The position numbers were made by a program, and so were the translations under genes. A DNA stretch of 64,000 nt from Cenococcum geophilum (taxonomy: Eukaryota): the NCBI GenBank assembly GCA_050273025.1, contig CP158636.1, positions 7,688,001 to 7,752,000 on the forward strand. Reading direction: 5' to 3'. Shown in pieces: positions 1-12,745 of the stretch. Below the pieces are notes generated by a model, which saw only the letters and a program-made list of their open reading frames with translations, ran no database searches and was not told the origin of the DNA. Position 1 is the first letter of the stretch; each line of letters starts with the position of its first letter.

Positions 1-1480
1 GTGTTTAGGGTAATCCTATTATAGGACTTAGTAATCCTATATAAGCAGTTCCTACTCTACCCCCTATAAAAGGACCCCCTTTTTAGCTGTAAGAAGTACC
101 AGAGGTTCGCTATATAGGTAGAAAGCTGGCTAGCTAACGTAGTTACGCTAAATAAGCTAATAATACGGAAATACTAGCCCGCCTATAAGGCCGTAGCTAA
201 GCTAAAATATAAGGCCGCGATCTCTAAGATAAAGGGGGTTTAATTACGCGTGTAGATAATCTTAGAACGCCTTAGCGAAATAAAAAGGTTATTAGCATTA
301 TTTGTACCTATATAGATCTAGTAAGGGAAGACGGGTATTTAAATAGGGCTTATAGAGTTTATATATCTACCTTTAGGCGAGCCCACGCCGTTTACTATAA
401 TATTTACTATATCTACGCCGCCTACTCGGCCGTTTATAATATCTATACTACCTACTTAGCCGCTGTTTATAATATCCGCACCATTTACTTAGCCGTCTAT
501 AATATCCGCACTATCTACTTAGCCGTTTATAATATTCGCACCGTTTACTTAGCCGTCTATAATATCTACACCGCCTACTTAGCTATTTACTATATCCGTA
601 TCGCCCCTACTAGCGTAGGTATAAGCTAATACTTAACTATCTCTCCTATTTATCCTTAACCTATAAGCGCCGCTAAGAAAATATAAAATGCTTTAAGGCG
701 GTAATTTGGTCTTCTAGCTTTAGACTAAGTGGACTTTAGGGCTAGCGGGTAAGCCGTTAATTAAAGCTCTTAATTGCTGCTAGGGGGCATACTAGCGGGT
801 TAACGGCGAGGCTATATTCTATAGCCATTGCCGTAGGATAATTAAGGATATAAAATGGCGCGTAGAAGACGGTATAGTAAGAGATAAAAGATAGGCTATT
901 AACTAGCTGGAACAGCTACAAGGTTGGCGTTCTTTAGATTGGCTTTATAAGAATATCTAAATAGTTATTTTACTATAATAACTAAGACGCCTTAATATAT
1001 AACTATATTATGGTAACTAAGACGCCTCTATATATAATTACACTATAGTAACCAAGACGCCTTAATATATAACTACACTGCAGTAACTAAGACTTCTTAA
1101 TATAGGACTATACTAGTAACTAAGACGTCTTAATATAGAACTGTATTACAATAATTAAGACGCCTTAATATATAACTGCACTATAGTAACCAAAACGCCT
1201 TAATATAGGACTGCACTGCATTAACCGAGACGCCTTAATATAGGAATAGAGCCTATTTAGGTGTTATAAATTTAAAGCAATATTATATAACCGCCTAGAA
1301 GTATCAATCTAATACAAATTATATACCTTTTTGCCTAAAATCGGGTGCGAAAGTACTTAGGGGCGGTTATTACGCGACCTTATACGGGGTTTAGGCATAT
1401 TATTAGTAGGGGTGGCCCTAACCTCGTATTAACCCAGGTTGTAACCGCGCCAAATTAGCCCCCTTAATATGTGATAGGTA
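1..1480 (+). mobile_element. Crypton-type (tyrosine recombinase) transposon, 3' part of copy 1, RIP-degenerated; continues left of the window
   Basis: Direct repeat of ~3535-5049. Contains the GCR1_C-like C-terminus (de-RIP: QLWTEWTLGLAG.PSIEALDRCWGA.WR) at ~710-900 and the same terminal sequence ATATGTGATAGGTA. Confidence 0.85.
970..1245. repeat. ~35-bp minisatellite (8 units) in the Crypton 3' region
   Basis: Recurring GTAACTAAGACGCCTTAATATA... Confidence 0.9.
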
Positions 1481-1989
1481 TTAGAGGTTAGGGTTAGGCT
1501 TAGCATAACCTTAGGTTATGTATAACCCCCTAAGGTCCGCGACATATTGTCCAAATATTACCTCCCCCTTTTAGTGGCGGCCCTTACTTTTTAGACGCGT
1601 TTTTAAGGCCTAGGTTAGTACTAGGTTAGTATAAAGGACCTTATCGCGCGCCTTTAACCTTATCGTTACCTTAATAATCTATTTTTTTAACCCTTTTTCT
1701 ATTTTTATGCTTGCGCTAGCTCCTAGCTCGCGTAGGGCTTTTAGTTTTATATAAAACGGCCTACTATAATTCTAATTCTATAATATAGAGCTCTCTTCTT
1801 CTCCTCCTTTATTAATATTTACGCGTTTAGTGGCTTTATTTACTTATACCCACGCCGCGCTTACGTGTCTTCCCCTAACCTCTTATAGAGATAGAGTTTT
1901 TTAAGAATCTTCTTACCCTATAGTCTACTTTATAGTTAAAGAAAGCCCCCCTAGCCTCCTTCTTTCCCTCCTTTTATAGCCTCTAGAAC

Positions 1990-4470
1990 GAATTTAAGGC
2001 CTAAATGGCATGGCTATATAATATTTATAAGGCCTAGCGCTTAAAGAATACTATAAGGGCGTACGAGCTAAAGTAGAAAAAGTGGGAAGACTAATATATA
2101 AGACTAGAAGGTAATATAGACGGCGCCTGGATAATAGAAGATAAGCTTTACCTATTTTTAGAGTAGTAAGTTATTAACTAAGAATTATAGGCTGCTGGCT
2201 ATTAAAAACGGAAGTTAAAATAGAAAGAGATATAGAAAGATAGTAAGTAGGCGAAGAAGAGGTAGAAGATAGTTAAGCGGGTAAGGTAGCTAGAGGGGAA
2301 GTTAGCTATAGGGGTAGCCGTAGGGGTAGCTATAGGGGCAGCCGTAGGTATAGGGGAGGAAGCTATAAAGGAGGAAGGGGAGATATAGGATAAGGAGGCC
2401 CTAGATGCCCTATTTAATAAGATAGTCTAATACTTAGTTATAAATAGCTATATCTCCGCTATTACTAAGCTTTATATATAGTAGTTAGAAAGTAAGACCT
2501 TATAGCTACTGTGGGGGGCGAAGCTCTTAGTAGTACTAGACAGCGTCTACTATAATAAGGACCGGATTTAACGCGTTAACTTTATTAATTAAGGCCTATT
2601 TATAATTACTGGCGGCTATAATATTAAAGGGCTTAAAAAGGCGATTATTTAGTACCAGGAGACAGGCTCTAAGATACTAGGTTTAGTTAAGTCTTACCTT
2701 TAAACTACAGCTAAGTATTTATTAGGTTTGTATATACCCTACCTAGTTTATATAGCTACCGTTTTCTAACCCGTTCCTTAGGCCATACTACTATTACCTA
2801 TAGTGAAAGTAAATAAGACGTTTAGCTTACTAACCTTATTTTTATTAAACTAGAGAATAAAGGGCCTAAACTAAACAAGTTAGTGCCGTATATAATTATA
2901 TTAATAATATAAAAGAAGTAGAATTAGTACGGTAAGATTAAGTATATAGGCTGTATACGGAACACTAACCCTATCCTCTACCCCCTTTCTATAGTAGCCT
3001 TCTACTTTTTTAACCGCTAGGGTAAAGATGGCGCTAAGAGCTTCCCATCCTTTTAATAGCTGGAGGACTACTATAACCTATACGTCTTCCCTAGCAGTAT
3101 TAAAGTACTGTAACAGCCGCTAAGCTATTATACGCAGTTTAAATAGAATAAAAAGATGTTCTAGGGGGTAGGAATTTACTTAAAAGAGAAGACCTATAGC
3201 GCCTATAAGTAGAGCGTCCGGTATACCGAGCTTAGCGGCATTAAGGAGACCTAAATTAGATAGGCTGAATACTAAAATATAGACGCGATAACGGGAGCCT
3301 ACCTTAGCTACCTACCCTATATGTTTATATAGTCAATCACTAGCTTCCTAAAGAAAGAAAAGGGCTACTTTCTTTCCTATATATAGGAGGTGCCGGAGAA
3401 AGCCCTTTATTTAAAGATATAGCCTAAGACTAATATTTAGCTAAAACGCATAGAGGCCTACTACCTAGGTAGGGCCGATAATAAGGTTATACGGCTTAAC
3501 CTTATAGGCTTAGGATTTCTACGCCTCCTCTGCGCGCTTAGGGTAATCCTATTATAGGACTTAGTAATCCTATATAAGCAGTTCCTACTCTACCCCCTAT
3601 AAAAGAACCCCCTTTTTAGCTGTGAGGAGTACTAGAGGTTCGCCGTATAGGTAAAAAGCTCGCTAGCTAACATAGTTACGCTAAATAAGTTAATAATGCG
3701 GAAATACTAGCCCGCCTATAAGGCCGTAGCTAAGCTAAGATATAAGGCCGCAATCTCTAAGATAAAGGGGGTTTAATTATACGTATAGATGATTTTAGAA
3801 CGCCTTAGCGAAATAGAAAGGTTATTAGTATTATTTACACCTATATAGATCTAGTAAGGGAAAATAGGTATTTAAATAGGGCCTATGGAGTTTATATATC
3901 TACCTTTAGGCAAGCCCACGCCGTCTATTATAATATTTACTATATCTGCGCCGCCTGCTCGGCCGTTTATAATATCTATACTACCCGCTTAGCCGCTATC
4001 TATAATATCTACACCGTCCGCTTAGCCGTCTATAATATCCGCACTATCTACTTAGCCGTCTATAATATCCGCACCGCCTACTTAGCTATTTACTATATCC
4101 GCATTGCCCCTACTAGCGTAGGCATAAGCTAATACTTAATTATCTTTCCTATTTATCCTTAACCTATAGGCGCTGCTAAGGAAATATAAAATGCTTTAGG
4201 GTGGTAATTTGGTCTTTTAGCTTTAGACTAAGTGGACTTTAGGGCTAGTAGGTAGGCCGTTAATTAAAGCTTTTAATTGCTGTTAGGGGGCACACTAGCG
4301 GGTTAACGGCGAGGGTATATTCTATAGCCATTGCCGTAGGATAATTAAGGATATAAGACGGCGCGTAGAAGACGGTACGGTAAGAGACGAGAGATAGGCT
4401 ATTAACTAGCTGGAACAGCTATAAGGTTAGCGTTCTTTAGATTAGCTTTATAAGAATATCTAAATAGTTA
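1990..4470 (+). pseudogene. Crypton tyrosine recombinase (Ndc10 domain II-like) plus GCR1_C DNA-binding domain, RIP-inactivated
   Basis: De-RIP reading at ~3170-3350: GIHSKEKTHSARKQSVRHAELGG.EETQIRRAG.WN.DAMTGAYLSYLP..FM.SIAGFP (H-x-x-R, W, Y catalytic pattern). GCR1_C motif at ~4200-4400. Many TAA/TAG stops. Confidence 0.8.
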
Positions 4471-4820
4471 TTTTATTATAGTAACTAAGACGCCTTAATA
4501 TATAACTGTATTACGGTAACTAAGACGCCTCTATATATAATTACACTATAGTAACCGAGACGCCTTAATATACAACTACATTATAGTAACTAAGACGTCT
4601 TAATATAGGACTGTACTAGTAACTAAGACGTCTTAATATAGAACTATACTATAGTAACTAAGACGCCTTAATATACGACTATACTATAGTGACCGAAACG
4701 CCTTAATATAGGACTGCACTATATTAACCAAGACGCCTTAATATAAGACTATACTATAGTAACTAAGACGTCTTAATATAGGACTATACTATAGTAACTA
4801 AAACGCCTTAATATAGGAAT
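4470..4820. repeat. Same ~35-bp minisatellite (10 units) in Crypton copy 2
   Basis: Recurring GTAACTAAGACGCCTTAATATA...; two more units than in copy 1. Confidence 0.9.
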
Positions 4821-5049
4821 AGAGCCCGTTTAGGTGTTATAAATTTAGAGTAATATTACGCAACTGCCTAGAAGTACCGATCTAACACAAATTATATACC
4901 TTTTCGCCCAAAATCGCGTGCGAAAGTACTCGGGGGCGGTCGCTGCGCGACCTCATGCGGGGTTTAGGCGCGTTATTAGCAGGGGTGGCCCTAACCTTGT
5001 ATTAACCCGGGTCGTAACCGCGCCAAATTAGCCCCCCCGATATGTGATA

Positions 5050-5572
5050 CAGCTCTGGGCACGACCAGCTTCACCCCCCCCTCTGGCAAAAATATTATTT
5101 CGCTACGGTACGCGGGCTCGCCAAATCGCCATCAACTGTACATAGTAATTGTAGCGAACGCATGTGTCTGCACGCAAGGACCTTTTTGGTTGCCCTGGAG
5201 AATCACCTTGGTTGGCCGGGAGAATCGCCTTAGTTGGCCGGGAGAACCAAATTGAAGACGTACGCTTCCTCTTCTCCCCCTTAACGACGCCTCTGTTGCG
5301 GCCGCCAAAACGCGAATACAACGCTGTCTCTGCAATTGTTGATGAAATTTGGCAATATCGTACGGGTGGAAGCCTTACGATATTTGACAAAGATCACGAC
5401 ACTACGGAGGAAGGTTGATCGCAAGTCCCCCAGAAGCAAAGTTCTTGCAGCGAAGCATACGGCTTCGCTACAATTACTATGTACAGTTGGTGGCGATTTG
5501 GCGAGCCCGCGTACCGTAGCGAAATAATATTTTTGCCAGAGGGGGGGGTGAAGCTGGTCGTGCCCAGAGCTG
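5050..5572. mobile_element. MITE (Tc1/mariner-type), 523 bp, 109-bp TIRs, TA TSD
   Basis: 5050-5158 is the reverse complement of 5464-5572 (1 mismatch), CAG...CTG ends, TA at 5048-5049 and 5573-5574. GC-rich and not RIP-mutated. Confidence 0.95.
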
Positions 5573-5578
5573 TAGGTA

Positions 5579-6077
5579 CAGCGATGTTCACGACCAGCTT
5601 CACCCCCCCCCCTTTAGCGAGCGCTGCGAGATTTCAAATTCGCTACGCGCATCCAATCTCGCTTGATTGCCGCCAGCTGTACATAGTAATTGTAGCGAAG
5701 CCGTATGCTTGGCTGCAAGAACGTCGCGATCCCGCAGTGTCGTGATCTTCATCAGATATCATAAGGTTTCCACCCGTATGATATTGCCAAATTTCATCGA
5801 CCTCTCTGCAGAGACAGCGTTGTATTCGCGTTTTGGCGGCCATAAGGGAGGCGTAGTTATGGGGGAGAAGGGGGAGAAGAGGAAGCGTACGTCTTTAATT
5901 TAATTCCCCTGGCTAACCAAGGCGTTTCTCCAGGGCAACCAAAAAGGTCCTTGCGTGTGGCCACAGCCGTTCGCTACAGGTACTACGTACAGCTAGTGGC
6001 AATCAAGCGAGGTTGGATGCGCGTAGCGAATTTGAAATCTCGCAGCGCTCGCTAAAGGGGGGCAAGAAACCATCGCT
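5579..6077. mobile_element. Second, related MITE in opposite orientation, long imperfect TIRs
   Basis: TA at 5577-5578, starts CAGCGATG and ends CATCGCT. Inner TIR 5605-5699 matches 5970-6062. Internal sequence is reverse-complement homologous to the first MITE (e.g. 5176-5220 vs 5907-5955). Confidence 0.85.
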
Positions 6078-6357
6078 TAACGTCGCACCCTAGGAAGCGA
6101 GCCACCCCCCTAAGCGAGCTACTTGCACTTAGATTTCTATATATTAATAATAAACTCCACAACGCCTATAAATTAAATCTAAATAGCCCAAATTAAAGCG
6201 ACTACGCTTCTTATTACAGAAGAAAACGACTTAGAAGTTTTCGAGCACGCTGTAGGCGCGATATTGCACCTGGCGTCGGCTAATTGTATAGCTTACCCCT
6301 CTATTCCTCTGAGGCCCCCTTCCAGATTAATATACTATTAAAATAAGTATTTGCAGG

Positions 6358-8054
6358 CTAGAGGTTATACCTAAAGACGTGCGCAAAGGATGCCTAGTCT
6401 TGGCTATATTCGCTAGGGTTTAATACTGCTTTAGTATATAAAGTAATGTTAAGCTTTAGTAGAGACGTCCCTTCCTTATACTCCTTTTAAGCCAACTTTT
6501 AGGTAGTAAGCTCTTGCTATGCTAGATTCTCTACCTTTAATCTATTGACATTATCCTAGGTAAGGACTCTATCTTTACTTAAAAGTCTTTTACTACTTTT
6601 CTTATCTATTTTAAACTTCTAAAACTTCTTATTCTCCTCTCTCTATATATACGCATTGGCGGCAAAGCCTATAGTAGCTCTAAACAGCTTTTTAAAACGC
6701 TGCTGTATAGGGGACTTAAGCATACCGTTTGGTCGCTTAGCGGTTAATTTAGCGATTTGGTTTCGTAGAAATTTAAGGTCCTCTACGTCTTAGGTGTCTT
6801 TAGGGGTCGAAGGCTTATATTTATAATTAATAGATCCGTTTCTAGGCCTATAGAGTCCTCTATACGTAGTAGAATCTTTAAGACGGTGGTAGGATTATAT
6901 AGTAGAAGACTAGTAGCTTTCTAGGCGTTGCAAATAGTCTTACGGGTAAACGCTTATACGTGCGCCACTGGGTAAAGCTTTATAAAATACTCCTTATTAA
7001 TCCCTATATAGCTATATTAATAAAAGTCATCTACCTATATACTATAGTAGTGCTAAAGAGGTCCAAAGCAGCCTATATTTAGTAGCTAAAGCTTATACGT
7101 TAAATAAGGTAGTAGAGCCACTAGAACAATCTTACGTGATAGTATATACTAAATAAACTACTAGGCAAGATGGCTCGAATAATTGTCCATTAAAAGCATA
7201 CGGTAGCTTTAAATATTGCCCTTAATATCCTCCATAAGGTGCCTAGTATATTTATTATAGTATTTAATCTAATATATACCTAGCAAGTCGTCCGTTTAGC
7301 CACTCTTTAAAAGCGCGTAGGTATATCTACAAACCTGCTTATTTTCCTTAGTAATTTAATACTAAGCCTCTTAGTGTTGCTCCCCCTTCTAAATTAAGAA
7401 TGGAGGCAGATAAGAGCCGTCGGCGTTAATTATCTCTATTATAGAGACTGACTCCTATAATCCTGGGTGTTAAACAGATCGATTCTTTGACCTCTCCTTA
7501 CTATTTCTGCCTAAGGCGATTACCCAAGCTATTGCTGCGATGCCTAGCATAACACCTTTTTTGTTAAAGTTAGATATAAATTTTAAGTGCCCAATCCGAT
7601 ATTTGTCTTATACGCCTTAAAAGAACTTAAACTAGTTACTAATAATAACTAAATCATTGTTCTAGGCCCTCTGGCAATCCAATTGACGGCTCATTATAGT
7701 TTCTAGCCCGTGGCGTTGTAGAAATCTCTCCCCCTAATGCTTACTTATTACCCTGCCTTCTGCCAAGAACGAGCTCGCCATTGTAGGAAGCATATTAACC
7801 CTTATCGGAAGGCCCCAAGACTGGCATTTGTGTATCCATTAAACAATTTGATCTTCCTAATAAGGATGCAGTATAGTCTTATAAGCTAGGTGTTGGGGGA
7901 GACGCCTAGCATAACGATGTGTAACGGTGGATCGTGGTAGGCTGCGGACGTCGGAGGCTTTGCGAATTGACAGCTCAACGCCCGAATTAAAGTCTTGTAT
8001 AGCTTTTTATATAGTAGCTTCGGCTTCGCGAGAACTCAATTTAGGAAGTAATAT
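6358..8054 (-). pseudogene. pogo/Fot1-family DDE transposase (HTH-psq, CENP-B HTH, DDE_1), RIP-inactivated
   Basis: De-RIP: SIRKASDVRSLPRSTVTHR ... GKHWGERFLQRH ... NFDEKGVMLG ... RESVSIIEIINADGSYLPPFLIWKG. Confidence 0.9.
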
Positions 8055-8224
8055 ATTAATTTGTTGACCTAAGGTACGAGTGGTCTATATTTTCGGGTCC
8101 TGGATTTCAAACCTCCGCCAAGCCAGCTTTTGATTGGTTAGAAAGCCAGCTTCTTATTAGTTAGAAAAAAAGTTGCGCGCGGTAAGTTGTGGCAGAATCC
8201 ATGTGACGAACTTTAAAACGTCGA

Positions 8225-10160
8225 GCTCTACTAAGGCTCTGCAAAAGCTCTGTATAAAGCTCCGTATAAAGCTCTATAAAAGCTCTATAAAAGCTCTATA
8301 AAAGCTCTACTAAAAGCTCTATCAAAAGCTCTATTAAAGGCTTTGCAACACTCTGCCCACCTAGTATACTAACTACGCAGTAAAACAGAGCACGTAGTGC
8401 ATAGGGGGGTCTAAAGGGGTCTCCCCTTAAAGCTCTACTTAAAGCTCTACTTAAAGCCCTACACGGAGCTCCAAAGCTTTACTAACACGCAGCACTAATA
8501 TACTAGGAAGTCTTACAATTATTCTCTACGAATACCTCTACGACGGCTCTACAATTGCCCATACAATTATTTATACAAACGGCTCTACAAACGGCTCTAC
8601 AAACGTTTGTACAATCGCCCGTACGAACGTCTCTACAATTGCTTATATAATTAATCAACCGTACGATCGTCTCTATATACAGCTTTACAATTAATTAATC
8701 AGACGCCCGTATAAACGTCTCTACGAACGTCTCTACGGACGTCTACAATCGCCTATATAATCGTTCGTACAAACGTCTGTATGATTGTCTCTACAAACGT
8801 CTATACGAACGCCTACACGAACGCCTACACAAACGCCTACACAAACGCCTGCACGAACGCCTGCACGAACGCCTGCACGAACGCCTACACGAACGCCTGT
8901 ACGAACGCCTGCATAAACGCCTATACAAAGCTCTGCTCAAAGCTCTATATAAAGCCGTTTATAAGGCCTTTAAAAACAAGCCTAAATATAGCTCTATTAA
9001 AGCTCTACATAAGGCTCTATTAAAGCTCTGCATGGAGCTCTACTAAAGCTCTATAAAAGCTCTGCAAAAGCTCTATTAAAAGCTCTACTAGAGCTTCTAC
9101 TAAAACCTCTATAAGAGCTCTGCCCACACAGTAAATAGAGCACGTAGTACATAGGGGGAGTTTAAGGGGGTCTCCCCCTTGAGCTTAAAGTTCTACTTGG
9201 AGCTCTAAAGCTCTACTAACACAGCACTAATATACTAGGAAGATTATATAATTGGCCGTACGAACGCCTATATAATCGATCAATTAAACGTCCACATGAT
9301 TGCCTATATAATCGTCTCTATAAACGTCTCTACGATTAATCGCCCGTATAAACGTTTGCACGCCTATATATGGCTCTATAGAAGCTCTGTATAAAGCTTT
9401 ATATAAAGCTCTACACGAAGCTCTACTAAAAGCTCTATATAAAGCTCTACTAAAACGCTCTACCAAAGCCTCTATAAGAGCTCTGCCTATGCAGTAAATA
9501 AAGCACGCAGTGTGCAGGGGGGTCTAAGGGGGTCTCCCCCTTAAGCTCAAATCTCTACTTAAAGCTCTACTTAAAGCTTAATACGGAGCTCTAAAGCCCT
9601 ACTAACACGCAGCACTAATATATACTAGGAAGGCTCTATAATCGTCTATATAAACAGCTGTAAGCTTTGCAGTGCGAAGAATTGAATGAACGACTTGATT
9701 GTGAATGTAGCTCTAGAGGCTCTATATATACACGAAGAAGGTAGAAGTGATAGGGTAATAGATAGCTGAAATAGGAACGGTAATCTGCCACCAATATTGA
9801 TCTGCAACCAATATATTGGGTGGCGTTGACGCCGTCTTGGAGCCTTCCAAGCGGTGATCTTGTGTCTCAGCGCAGTGTCGGTAGTCGGTTACAACAGCTC
9901 TACAAACGGCTCTACGAATATCTACACAATCGCTCGTATGAACGCCCATACGATCAATTAATCAATCAATCGAACGCCCGTACGAACTTCTCTACAACGG
10001 CCTTACGCACAACTCTACAAACGTCCATACAATTAATCAATCAACTAATTAATCGCCCACCGCCCATACGAACGGTCAGTTAAATGTCCATACAATTGCC
10101 TATACAATCGTCTCTACAAACGTCTCTGCAATTAATCGCCAGAAACGTCTACACGTCTGC
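8225..10160. repeat. Mosaic of 10-12-bp tandem repeats (AAAGCTCTAT-, ACGAACGCCTAC-) with three G/C hairpin cassettes; continues at 32217-32500
   Basis: Directly visible periodicity. Cassettes GAGCACGYAGTGC...GGGGGTCTAAGGGGGTCTCCCCCTT at ~8388-8432, ~9137-9185 and ~9500-9546. Confidence 0.9.
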
Positions 10161-10605
10161 ACGCCTGCTGTCAGATAACTCATATAGAGCTATTCATTGA
10201 TGAAATGGGTTGATTGATTGATGATCTTGATCGTGTCTTGATTGACCTTGGACCTAGGGCCCTCGGGAGGTTTACAATGCACGTGACTCGTGCACGTGAC
10301 TCGTGCACGGTCTACGCCTCTAGAGAATACAGGTTATCTGACACCTGCACGTGGCTCTGTCAGAATTAAGCGAGAGGTGCTGACTAAGCTCTGGACACAT
10401 TGCGAGGACGAAGTCCGCATGCAATCTATATAGACATCAACCGCATCCACTGCATCACGAATCAATCAATATTCATCGTCTGCGTCATCTCTATCATCAA
10501 TTAGATCCTCAAGATAGCTCCGCTGTGACCCCATGACCTTGTAATTCCAATAGGTTATGAGCCCGGGTAGCAACACTTCTCCTGACTCGAAAATCGACCC
10601 CTAAA

Positions 10606-12745
10606 ATGACCTCCTCTACCTTAACCTCAACGACACCTACGTACGATTACAAGGCCGGTAAAATCGTTATTTTTAATAGAGACAACTTTGCAGACTGGGA
10701 GCGCACCTATAAGGCAGCCCTGATCATATCAGAGGGCTGGGACTTTGTCACTGGTGCAGAGGACCCAAATTAAGTCAATTCAGCTGACGGAAGAAGAAGA
10801 CGAGGGGAAGCAAACAAGATTATCTATAATTCGATAGGAGACGACCATTAGGAAGAGATGCGTGCGATAATAAAGGCGTATAATATTTAGGGAATGTGGG
10901 AAGGAATAAAGAAGTTTAATAAGGCTAATGACGAGGTTTACACCTCTAGACTTTACAGGGAGTTCTATAGTACTATATTTAACCCTATAAAGATACAAAT
11001 CGTTAAGTTCCTTTATATACTAAATTAATTTAAGATTAATCTAGCCTTAACACCTTAAGCACTTACTAATAATAATATTAAAGAGCAACTCCTTCTAGCC
11101 CTACTAAGCGATGTTATGTAGTAAAATACAAAGACCTAGTGTCTACGAGATAAACAAGACCTTAAGAGTTGCATTACCCTTCTTTAGGAGTATAAGACTG
11201 CTCGCCCTATATAGGTATAAAATGCAGCACTTATATAAGAGAGGAAAGACGAACCTAGGGGGAGAAGGGGAAATTGAGGTCGAACAAGGGGCAGAGGTCG
11301 TGCTGGTAGATTCGATCATTCCTTATCACATTATAGCTCGTTATCTTAAGTAAGCAAGAGCTACAGCTATAGCAAGGAGCTAAGGCCACTAGAGAAAAAC
11401 GAGTGCAGAGTATACTATTAGGAAGGCCACTACTAGAAAGACTATCCCCTCCTTAAACAATTCCGCTTTAACAACGCTAAGAAGAAAGATCAAGGTGCTC
11501 CTAAGGCAGAGGAAGTAGGGAATATAGCAATAGCTAAGGAAGAATTCGACAGCGATTTAATCTACCCCTAACCCTAAACGTGCTATGCTTATAATAAGTA
11601 TAGGTTCCCTTATAGAGCACGTTAGGTGTATACTATAAGCTAAGCTATAAAAGGTGGTAATTAAGCGAGACGCTTAAATTAAGCCGCGAGCCGACCTATA
11701 CCTCCCCTACTACCTTAAACGTGCTAATAGAGACTCTAGTTACGAGAACTACGAGTAGGCAAGATGGTAATTAAGTAGGCCGCTTAGATTAAGCGGGATG
11801 CTTAAATTAAGTGAGAAGCCTAGGTTAAGACTAAGTGCTAATAAAGACTTTAGTAGCGGGAACTATAAGTAAGCTAGATAGTGACCGAGTAGGCCGCTTA
11901 AATTAAGTAGGAAGCCCAGGTCAAGACTAAGTAGGCCACTTAAGTTAAGTAGGAAGCCCAGGTTAAGATTAAGTAGGACGCTTAAATCTTTAAGGTGATG
12001 CTAAGGGTGGGACGCCCGTATAAGAGAATGCACACCTATACCATTATAAGGGGGAGAGTACTAAAAGGAAGGTCGTTACTCCTAAGCAAGCTAGTTCTAA
12101 AGCACAAGTACAACGCTAAGGGAGAAGTAATTCGCAAGAAGGCAAGACTGTGCATTTAAAAAAACAAGCAGACCCCTAATATTATAAAGATAAGAATTTT
12201 AAGAGAATGGAGATGCAAAGACCTAGGACCTATAGAGGTATTTATAAGCTTCTAAATCGATTAAGATTATAACTGCAATCCGCCCCCTTAAGTATAACAA
12301 TATAACAAACACGATTAGATATTATTCTAAGGTATAGCAGTTATACGCTATAGGGGAGCCGTAATTTAGATGGCCCAAAGGCAGAAGTCGACGGCATTAA
12401 GCTTAATAAAAGCAGAGATTATGGCAGTATTAGAAGGAGTAAGGTTAGCAGTATAGCTTAAGAAGCTAACGAGAGACCTAGGGGAGAGAGATAACGACAA
12501 CCCTTTTATCCCTACGCTCTACTGCGACAATAAGGGTACGGTCGACCTTTTATACGACATAAAGCACCACCAGAAAGCCAAGCATATTGAGACTCGATAC
12601 CTCTTCGTACGAAACGACATGGTTTAGCAAGATTAACTCAAAGTAGTATATATACCAGGTAAAGATTAACCTAAAAATATGCTTACGAAATAGCTACCAA
12701 TCGACTAATTTATAAAGCACTGTGTAACGCTAGGAATTAGTAGCT
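10606..12745 (+). pseudogene. Copia gag (CCHC knuckle ~11403-11445) fused by deletion to RT fragments and RNase H; integrase not seen
   Basis: CRV.HQEGHYWKDC knuckle; KLVLKHKYNA.GEVIRKKARL; RNase H motifs KQKSTALSS.EAE.MA, LYCDN, HQKAKHIETRYLFVR, DMLTK. Confidence 0.85.

Larger units (their letters stand above)
1481..5049 (+). mobile_element. Crypton-type transposon, full ~3.57-kb unit (copy 2), head-to-tail with copy 1
   Basis: Unit defined by the tandem junction at 1471-1481 and the same terminus at 5041-5049, whose last bases (TAGGTA, 5573-5578) are displaced by a MITE. No TIRs or LTRs. Confidence 0.8.

Noticed and set aside
970..1245. Regularly spaced ~35-bp repeats resembling a CRISPR array
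   Set aside because: Contiguous tandem units without unique spacers, in a eukaryotic context with no cas genes.
1481..1530. TTAGGG telomere-like sequence
   Set aside because: Only 1-2 imperfect units; part of the Crypton terminus rather than an interstitial telomere array.
1990..4470. Starship captain (DUF3435) interpretation of the tyrosine recombinase
   Set aside because: The motifs and the GCR1_C domain match Crypton, and the unit is only ~3.6 kb.
5103..5903. Cluster of overlapping short ORFs in the ORF track
   Set aside because: They lie within two GC-rich MITEs and their TIRs, have no recognisable protein motif, and are open only because the DNA escaped RIP.
8781..10083. ORFs with (TNAY/TNAC)n and similar peptides
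   Set aside because: Translations of 12-bp tandem repeats.
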